Shown here piece after piece: positions 57,722 through 64,000 of a DNA stretch of 64,000 nt. The DNA comes from Armatimonadota bacterium. GTDB taxonomy: Bacteria; Sysuimicrobiota; Sysuimicrobiia; Sysuimicrobiales; Kaftiobacteriaceae. The stretch is taken from assembly GCA_037440005.1 (NCBI GenBank), contig JBBIUY010000005.1:34179-98178 (forward strand). The letters are read 5' to 3'. The translations under genes were made by a program, and so were the position numbers. The notes below the pieces were generated by a model. The model searched no databases and was not told where the DNA came from. It worked only from the letters and a program-made list of their open reading frames with translations. The number at the start of each line of letters is the position of its first letter. Positions within the stretch are counted from its first letter, which is position 1.

Positions 57722-58741
57722 ATGCACTGGGTGTTGTGGGCGGTGGCGTTTGCCGCCGTCCACCTGCCGATCGTCACCCTGCTGGCCGACCGGATCCTGG
57801 ACGTGCCCGCCCCGCGGGTGATCCGGTCCCTGTGGGTCGCCGGCGCGGCGGCGCTGGCCCTGGTCGTCGGCGTCGCCCGGGGACGGGACCCCCTGCTGCT
57901 GGAGGTGCTGCTGTGGGGCGCCGTCGGCGGGCTGGTGGCCACCGCCGCCCTGGACGTGGTGAGGCTGTTCGGCCACCACGTCCTCCGCGCCTTTCCCGTC
58001 GACATGCCCCAGGTGTTCGGCATGCTGGCCCTGGGACTGGGCCCGCGCCTGCAGGAGCAGACCGTCGCCGCTTTGGTGGGCCACCTGGCCGAGGTCGACC
58101 CGCCGACCCGGCGGCAGATGATGCACCACAGGCTGGTGGCGCTGGCCAGGCTGCCGGAACCGGTGCGGGTGGCCGTCGTCCGGGGGATGCGCGCGGGCCT
58201 GGCGGCGCTGCCGGACGACCGACGCGTCGAGGTGGTCCAGACCCAGATGAGCGTGCTGGCCGACCTTCCGGCGGAGGTCCGGCGGCCGGTGATGCGGGCG
58301 ATGGACCTGGCCGCCGCGGACGACACCGCGCCCGTGTACGCCCAGCCCCGGGGGTTGCCCCGCATTCCCATGGACCTCGCCCGCCGGCTGCTCGCCGTCG
58401 CCCTTCCCCGGGCGATGGCCGCGGCCGGGGTGTCCCGGGCCCGGGTCCTGCTGGCGGGGTACGGGTGGCACGTCCTGAACGGCGTGGGGTTTGGCGTCGC
58501 CTACACGCTGCTGTTCGGGGCCGGCGCCTGGTGGCTGGCGCTGGCGTGGGGTCTATTCATCTGGGCCGGCATGATGGTGACCATGCCCGTGATGATGCCG
58601 ACCATCGCCTTCCCCATGCCGAGGTTTCTGGCCGTTCCCTTCGTCGCCCACGTGGTCATGGCTGTGCCCATCGGGTACTACGCCCAGAAGATCACCGCCG
58701 CGGCCACGGCGGCGAGCCTGCTGGGGGCGTGGCTGAGGTAG
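57722..58741 (+). CDS. Hypothetical polytopic membrane protein
   Basis: 339 aa. Hydrophobic N- and C-terminal regions flanking a helical Arg-rich middle. Confidence 0.45.
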   Translation: MHWVLWAVAFAAVHLPIVTLLADRILDVPAPRVIRSLWVAGAAALALVVGVARGRDPLLLEVLLWGAVGGLVATAALDVVRLFGHHVLRAFPVDMPQVFGMLALGLGPRLQEQTVAALVGHLAEVDPPTRRQMMHHRLVALARLPEPVRVAVVRGMRAGLAALPDDRRVEVVQTQMSVLADLPAEVRRPVMRAMDLAAADDTAPVYAQPRGLPRIPMDLARRLLAVALPRAMAAAGVSRARVLLAGYGWHVLNGVGFGVAYTLLFGAGAWWLALAWGLFIWAGMMVTMPVMMPTIAFPMPRFLAVPFVAHVVMAVPIGYYAQKITAAATAASLLGAWLR

Positions 58742-58802
58742 GCGGCGCGCGCGGCCTCGCCGGCCGGTTTGATGTGCTAAAATGATTTATCCAGAATTCC
58801 GT

Positions 58803-59696
58803 ATGCGGGCACGGGGGGGTGGGCGGTCGGTGGGCCCGGCGGACCGTCCGGCACGGCCGGCGGACGACGAGAGTGTGGCGGCGCGCAAGCGCCGGTTTGA
58901 GGAGATGGTGGCCGCCCACCTCGACTCGCTGTACCGGACCGCCTTCACCCTCGCCCGCCGGCGGGAGGACGCCGAGGACCTGGTGCAGGACGCCCTGACC
59001 CGGGCGTGGCGGAGCCTGCATGCCTTCCGGGAAGGGGAATCCCCCCGCAGCTGGTTGACGGCGATCCTCGTCAACGTCTTCCGCGACCGCTACCGCCGGC
59101 TCAAGCTGTCCCCGCCCGTCGTCCCCCTGGAGGCCGACGACGCCTACGTATACGCGGGGGCCGTGGACGCCCAGTCCCTGGGCGGGGCCAATCCCGAGGA
59201 CGCGGTGGGGGCCGAGGAGCTGTCCGACCCGGTGCTGCAGGCCATCCGCGACCTGCCGGTGATCTTCCGGGAGCCCCTCCTGCTGGTGGATCTGGAGGGG
59301 TTCAGCTACCACGAGGCGGCGGAGATTCTGGGCGTGCTCACGGGGACGGTGATGAGCCGGCTGCATCGGGCCCGCCGGCGGCTGGCCCGGGCCCTGGGCG
59401 GGTCGTCGCCCGCGTCCCGGGAGCACCGGACGCCGCGCCGCCGGCGCCCGGGGCCCCACGCCCGCCGGGTCATCACCTGCGGGGAGGCCTGCCGGTACCT
59501 GCACGCGTACGTGGACGGCGTCCTTGACGCCTCCGACAGCCGGCGGGTGGACGAGCACCTGGCCACCTGTCGGGGGTGCTGCGACCGGCTGGAGTTCGTA
59601 CGGCGACAGAGAGCTCTGCTGGTGGCGCACCACCTGGGCACGACGGTGCCCCGGGCGCTGCTGTCCCGGCTGCAGGCGTTGATCGTGGCGTTCTGA
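58803..59696 (+). CDS. ECF sigma factor fused to a C-terminal zf-HC2 (ZAS) anti-sigma domain
   Basis: Sigma region 2 'DLVQDALTRAWRSLHAFREGESPRSWLTAILVNVFRD'. Region 4 'SYHEAAEILGVLTGTVMSRLHRARRRL'. Then 'CGEACRYLHAYVDGVLD...VDEHLATCRGCCDRLEF' (H-x3-C-x2-C). The start is ambiguous (58782/58803/58830). Confidence 0.6.
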   Translation: MRARGGGRSVGPADRPARPADDESVAARKRRFEEMVAAHLDSLYRTAFTLARRREDAEDLVQDALTRAWRSLHAFREGESPRSWLTAILVNVFRDRYRRLKLSPPVVPLEADDAYVYAGAVDAQSLGGANPEDAVGAEELSDPVLQAIRDLPVIFREPLLLVDLEGFSYHEAAEILGVLTGTVMSRLHRARRRLARALGGSSPASREHRTPRRRRPGPHARRVITCGEACRYLHAYVDGVLDASDSRRVDEHLATCRGCCDRLEFVRRQRALLVAHHLGTTVPRALLSRLQALIVAF

Positions 59697-59814
59697 CGCC
59701 GCGGGCTCGCCGCTGGGCCTGTTCCCTCCGACCCGGCCGCGGCCGGGGGCGGCTCGCCGGACGGGAATGAACGGAGGGGACCGGCCCGTAGGTCCGTAAC
59801 GGAGGCCTTCCCCC

Positions 59815-60471
59815 GTGGACGAGCGCGTGCCCGTGGCCCTGGTGTACGCCAGCCGGCTGCTGCGGGAGGGGATGCGGGACCTGCTGGAGCGGCAGCCGGA
59901 CGTGCGGGTGGTGGGGGTCTTCAGCGACCTCCGGGCGGTCCTGGCGCGGCCGGCGGCGGACGAGCACGTCCTCCTGTGCGACCTGGCCACGGTTCAGAAG
60001 GAGCCGGAGCTGACGCGCCGGCTCCGGGAGGCGCTCCCCCTCGCCCGGGTGGTCTTTCTCAACGTTCCCGAAGACGAGGACGCCGTGGTGGAGTGCGTCG
60101 GCGCGGGGGCCTTCGGGTGCATCCTCCAGGACGCGTCCCTGGAGGAGGTCCTGGAGGGCATCCGGGAGGTCTGGCACGGCACCCCGGCCATGTCCCCCCG
60201 CTGCCTGACCTTCCTGTTCCGCTACGTGGCCAAAACCCGGTCGGGAGCCGCCCCGCCGTCGGACGCGGGCCTCACCCGCCGGGAGCGCCAGATCCTGGAG
60301 CTGATCGCCGAGGGGCTGACCAACAAGGAGATCGCCCAGCGCCTGTGCCTGCAGCCCCAGACGGTGAAGAACTACGTCCACCAGGTCCTGCAGAAGCTGG
60401 AGGTGCGCAGCCGGCTGGAGGCCATCCGACGGATGCGGGCATCCGGCCGCCTGTCCTCCCCCACCTCGTAG
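59815..60471 (+). CDS. LuxR/NarL-family response regulator (atypical receiver)
   Basis: GTG after ACGGAGG. C-terminal '[43 protein letters not shown]'. Confidence 0.7.
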   Translation: MDERVPVALVYASRLLREGMRDLLERQPDVRVVGVFSDLRAVLARPAADEHVLLCDLATVQKEPELTRRLREALPLARVVFLNVPEDEDAVVECVGAGAFGCILQDASLEEVLEGIREVWHGTPAMSPRCLTFLFRYVAKTRSGAAPPSDAGLTRRERQILELIAEGLTNKEIAQRLCLQPQTVKNYVHQVLQKLEVRSRLEAIRRMRASGRLSSPTS

Positions 60472-60663
60472 CGCGGCCGAAGACACAGAGTCCGCTCCGG
60501 TGGTGCGGATCGAGGTACCGGTACTCTTTTCGGTACCCGGGTGTCTGGTCAGCGGCGTGCCCGCCCCGTAGGGTTAGGTTCCGGGCGCCCGGGCCGTGCC
60601 GCGTCACGGACCGGTGCTCTCATCGAGCGGCGCGCGTACGTCGGTCCCACCCGAGCGGCGAGG

Positions 60664-61035
60664 ATGGACAAGGCGAAGGTCCTGCTGGCCCACGTGCCCC
60701 GGATCCTCGGCGACGTCCTCACCCACATCCTGGAGGGCCAGCCCGACATCGCCGTGGTGGGCGAGGTGGACACCCTCGACGACCTGCCCCGGGCCGTGGC
60801 GCGCCTGCGACCCGCGGCCGTGATCCTCACCCCGCTGCCCCGGACCGGGGGCCGGTGGAGTCTCCGGATCCTGTGGGATCGCTGCCCCGAGCTCCTGGTG
60901 GTCGAGATCGACGCCGACCACGACCGGGTAGTGGTGCGGTCCGCCGACGGCCGGTCGCGGCATCTGGAACTGTCGGCAGCCGGCATCGTCCAGGCCGTCA
61001 GGAGCGCAGCGGGCCAGCCGCGGCCGGACCGGTAA
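60664..61035 (+). CDS. Stand-alone receiver-like (pseudo-receiver) domain protein
   Basis: 123 aa. 'KVLLAHVPRILGDVLTHILEGQPDIAVVGEVDTLDDLPRAVARLRPAAVIL'. Confidence 0.4.
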   Translation: MDKAKVLLAHVPRILGDVLTHILEGQPDIAVVGEVDTLDDLPRAVARLRPAAVILTPLPRTGGRWSLRILWDRCPELLVVEIDADHDRVVVRSADGRSRHLELSAAGIVQAVRSAAGQPRPDR

Positions 61036-61275
61036 GGGCCCGCCGGCTGCCCTCCGTACCGGTACTCCCGTACCTCCGGCGGACGCCGTCGTACCGATTC
61101 GTCGATCAGGACCATCTTGAGTACCGCCCGTATCTGGGCGGACCCCGCCCCTGTCCCTCATCGTGGTGGTAACCCTACGGTCGTCTCACGGGAGAGGCGC
61201 AGGAGGTGGGGGAGGGCGGAGCCGACGCCTTCGCAGGGCGCGCTCGATCACGTTGGACGGAGAGGTGATGGCGAC

Positions 61276-62832
61276 ATGGAGTCACCGCAGACGCGATATC
61301 GCAAGACGGGGTGGGGGCTGATCGCGGCCGCCGCCGTGCTGGCGGTGGGGTTGCTCGCGTACCCCTACCTGGGCCGCGCGCCGGTGTCCACCGGCGTGGC
61401 CGAGGCCCAGGCACCGGCCAGCGTGGCCCAGGAGCAGGCGCCGGCCGCTCCGGAGCCGACAGCGCCGGCCGCTCCGGAGCCGACAGCGCCGGCCGCTCCG
61501 GAGCCGACAGCGCCGGCCGCCCCGACGGCCCCGCAGGAACTGGGCATCAGCAAGAGCATCGCTCCCGACCTGACGGTGCGGTCTGCCCAGATCGTCCGGT
61601 TCAACCTCTTTGACAGGGAGGAAGAACTGGTGGAGTTCGTGTTCAGCGGCGAGATCCAGAGCGTGGAGGCCGCCGACGGCTTCATGCTCCTGGGTCCGCG
61701 CGCGACCGACGAGGCCATCTCCACGAGCGCCGCGCTGGTGGAGACGAACCGCCGGGCGGTCCTGGTGGGCTTCAAGGCGGGGACCAACGTCCCGGCCTAT
61801 ACTCTGGCCGCGGTCCGCAGCGGCGCCGTGAGCAACCTGGCGGGCAAGGTCAACCTGCAGGCGGTCATCCCCCTGGGAGCCCGGGGCGCGCTGCTCAAGC
61901 AGGGGCCCACGGCCGCACCCGCCCTGCTGTGGGTGTCCGTGGACCGCACCAAGGAGTGGATCACCTACGTGTTCGACGAGTCCCTGGACCAGACCCTGTC
62001 CCCCGATCCCCGGAAGTTCGGCTACTACACGCGCAACGGACGCCTGCACCTGGGGCAGAGCCTGGTCAGCCTGTACGACCGGGCGGTGACCATTCAGTTT
62101 GACCGCTCGGGCGGCGACACGGTGGAGGATGCGGTGCGGTACTTCGTCCTGGACGACGCGGTGAAGGACCTGCAGGGAGCCGGCAACACGCCCCGGGCGG
62201 TGGGAAACACGACAACCAAACCGGACCTGGTGAGCGTGGCCCGGATCGCCGACACCATGTTTGACTACACCTTCGACGAGGCGGTGACGGAGATCAAGCC
62301 GCAGGAGTTCACCGTGTGGACGATCCAGGGCGCCCGGTACCAGGGGTCCAGCTACGCCCGTCCCGACGCCCGGACCGTGCGGGTGGTGTTCCCCCAGCTG
62401 CGGTACGTGGGCGAGCAGGTGGTCCTGGCGGCGGTCGGGCCCGAGGCGGCCAAGGCGGCGGAGAGCATCACCTCGCCCAACACCGTGGGCGCCATGCGGC
62501 TGTCGCCGGCCGGTCGCGCCAACGGGCGGGTGGCGGCTCCCGAGCTCACCTCCATCGACGTGGACGACGACACGGGCATGGTGTCCTACAACTTCGACCG
62601 CGCCCTGAGCCGGCAGCTGACGCTGGACAAGATCGACCCCAAGAAGTTCACCATCGTCAGCAGCTCGGGCGACATCCAGCAGGGGCTGGCCGTGGCCGCC
62701 ATCGGCACCAACTGGGTGAGGATCCTCTTCAACAAGGACGAGGTCAAAGACGCCGTGGGGGCGGCCGTGGCGTCTGGAGCCGTCACCGACGACGAGGGCA
62801 ACGGCAACTTCCTCGGCTCGGTGCTGCGCTAG
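61276..62832 (+). CDS. Membrane-anchored cell-surface protein with Pro/Ala/Glu-rich linker and four tandem beta-rich (Ig-like) repeats
   Basis: N-terminal TM. Linker of 3.5 copies of 'APAAPEPT'. Four ~100-aa repeats each with an 'F/Y.FD..L' core. 518 aa. Confidence 0.6.
   Translation: MESPQTRYRKTGWGLIAAAAVLAVGLLAYPYLGRAPVSTGVAEAQAPASVAQEQAPAAPEPTAPAAPEPTAPAAPEPTAPAAPTAPQELGISKSIAPDLTVRSAQIVRFNLFDREEELVEFVFSGEIQSVEAADGFMLLGPRATDEAISTSAALVETNRRAVLVGFKAGTNVPAYTLAAVRSGAVSNLAGKVNLQAVIPLGARGALLKQGPTAAPALLWVSVDRTKEWITYVFDESLDQTLSPDPRKFGYYTRNGRLHLGQSLVSLYDRAVTIQFDRSGGDTVEDAVRYFVLDDAVKDLQGAGNTPRAVGNTTTKPDLVSVARIADTMFDYTFDEAVTEIKPQEFTVWTIQGARYQGSSYARPDARTVRVVFPQLRYVGEQVVLAAVGPEAAKAAESITSPNTVGAMRLSPAGRANGRVAAPELTSIDVDDDTGMVSYNFDRALSRQLTLDKIDPKKFTIVSSSGDIQQGLAVAAIGTNWVRILFNKDEVKDAVGAAVASGAVTDDEGNGNFLGSVLR
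61438..61521 (+). repeat. Perfect 24-bp tandem repeat (gcgccggccgctccggagccgaca) x3 plus a partial copy
   Basis: Seen directly. Encodes (APAAPEPT)n inside the surface protein gene. Confidence 0.85.
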
Positions 62833-62976
62833 AGACCGTCGGTGAGGCGGGTCGGCCGGGGCTCCGGGATTCTCCGGGGCCCCGGCCCCCGCCGGGCCCG
62901 CGGGGGCCTCACCCCGCGGAACTCCGCGGTCCGTCTCCCTCCCCGGACGGAGGCGGGCAGCGAGGAGGTGGTGAGG

Positions 62977-63513
62977 ATGGTGCGCGAGATCCGGACCGTC
63001 GAGGTCCGGCCGCCGGACGGCCGGGAGCGGGACGGACACCCGGTGTGGGGCCACCGGTGGTACGACGTCGACCTGGAGCTGCAGGCTCTGGCGGTGTGGG
63101 AGGACGCGGGCAGGACGGCGGCGTCCGACCCGGTCGCCCCCCAGGCCGCCCTGGAGAAGGTCGCATCGCTGATCGAGCAGGACCGGGTGGCGGCGGCCCA
63201 GGCGGTGGTGTATGCGCTCGGGGGCGAGCGGCTGGCCCTGCGGCCCGAGTCCCTCCTGCGCCGGCTGTTCTTCCACCTGTCCCTGAACCGGTACGCGGCG
63301 TGGGGCGGAGACCAGGTCCGGTTTTTCAGCAAGCATCCGCTACACGCGTACCGGGGCCCGGTCCCGCCTCAGGCCCACGCCCTGCTGGCGCAGGTCCGGC
63401 AGGTGGGGGTCCGGGTGGACGAGGCAGCCGTTCTGCGGGACGAGACCTGGCCCGATCCGGTCCTGGCCGTGCGGGTGGCGGACGCGTGGTTTGCCCTGTA
63501 CTCCTGGGAGTGA
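62977..63513 (+). CDS. Hypothetical protein
   Basis: ATG after GGAGGTGGTGAGG. 178 aa. No motif. Confidence 0.4.
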   Translation: MVREIRTVEVRPPDGRERDGHPVWGHRWYDVDLELQALAVWEDAGRTAASDPVAPQAALEKVASLIEQDRVAAAQAVVYALGGERLALRPESLLRRLFFHLSLNRYAAWGGDQVRFFSKHPLHAYRGPVPPQAHALLAQVRQVGVRVDEAAVLRDETWPDPVLAVRVADAWFALYSWE

Positions 63514-63523
63514 GGGGGGAGCG

Positions 63524-64000
63524 GTGTCGTCCCGGTGGGTGGTGGCGGCAGTGGCCGCGGGGGCGTGGGTGACCGGGGTGGCGATCGGGATCGTCCAGGT
63601 CGTCGCCGAGCCGTCCCTGGCCGTTCTCCTGCTCGTGACGGCTGTGGCCGTCACCGTCCTGCTGATCGCGCTGGCCCGCGGGTTGCGAGAGGGGGCCGCG
63701 GCGCCTTCCCCCCCGGCCGTCCGCGGCACCCGAGGGTTGGACGGCGGCCCGCGGGCCCGCACCCAGGGGTGGGCGCGCCTGCCCGGCGATGAGGCGCCGA
63801 GGGCGGTTCAGGAGTGGATGGAAACCGTCCTCACCCTGCCCCCGGCCTGGCAGGAGGACGCCCTCTACCTGGTGGCCCTGGCCACGGCGTCCCTACCCGA
63901 GCCTGACCGCAGCCGCGTCCTGGCCGCCCGGGCGCGGGCGATGGCGTCCGCCCCCGAGGACTGGCGGACGGCGCTGTGGCACCGGCACGCGGGGATGCTG
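63524..64000 (+). CDS. Hypothetical membrane protein (partial, runs off the window end)
   Basis: GTG after GGGGGGAG. Two TM segments, then a soluble region. No stop before the window end. Confidence 0.3.
   Translation, partial: MSSRWVVAAVAAGAWVTGVAIGIVQVVAEPSLAVLLLVTAVAVTVLLIALARGLREGAAAPSPPAVRGTRGLDGGPRARTQGWARLPGDEAPRAVQEWMETVLTLPPAWQEDALYLVALATASLPEPDRSRVLAARARAMASAPEDWRTALWHRHAGML

Overview
High-GC (~72%) chromosomal window from a Gram-positive, probably thermophilic Firmicutes-like organism (Symbiobacterium/Thermaerobacter-like). This placement is inferred from composition and from the darA-holB gene order, not from a database search.

The window is densely coding. Many genes are translationally coupled through ATGA, GTGA or TGATG overlaps. 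The six-frame track is full of long antisense 'GC-artifact' ORFs, which I did not call. No rRNA, tRNA, CRISPR array or obvious mobile element was seen.

Gene content, in order along the window:
- darA-holB, then a first BMP-family ABC importer, nfo, a PLP transsulfuration enzyme, a HAD hydrolase, and a GntR regulator with a clear operator palindrome.
- ddl, dapF, an archaeal-type phosphoglycerate mutase, a DUF1343/NamZ-like protein, and a Rieske domain fused to a large unknown domain.
- A DinB-like gene carrying an in-frame TGA, next to a radical-SAM DNA-repair-like gene. Then TerC-like, GNAT, and DUF4395 plus thioredoxin.
- A T-box leader followed by a class-II proS.
- A large purine-catabolism supercluster: adenine deaminase, a PRTase, uraH, uraD, a second BMP-family ABC importer, three xanthine dehydrogenase subunits interrupted by a TRZ/ATZ amidohydrolase, allantoinase, a class-V aminotransferase, DUF1116, allantoate amidohydrolase, and a CRP/FNR regulator.
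- VKOR, gnd-like, pgl, and a six-hairpin glycosidase.
- A metal/thiol-redox island: two DUF3179 genes (one decayed by frameshifts), a Tat protein with a novel duplicated domain, TlpA, DsrE, a glutaredoxin-like gene, a CoA-binding protein, cueR and a copA P1B-ATPase with an E. coli-like CueR operator, a single-copy paralog of the novel domain, ArsR, and an SDH-family protease.
- An ECF sigma factor fused in cis to a zf-HC2 anti-sigma domain, a LuxR regulator, an orphan receiver, and a large repeat-rich surface protein.

The most interesting candidate is the glutaredoxin-like gene. Its CxxC active-site first cysteine codon is an in-frame TGA, followed at bSECIS-like spacing by an 8-bp hairpin with an AGUU loop. 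This is either a U-x-x-C selenoprotein or a pseudogene.
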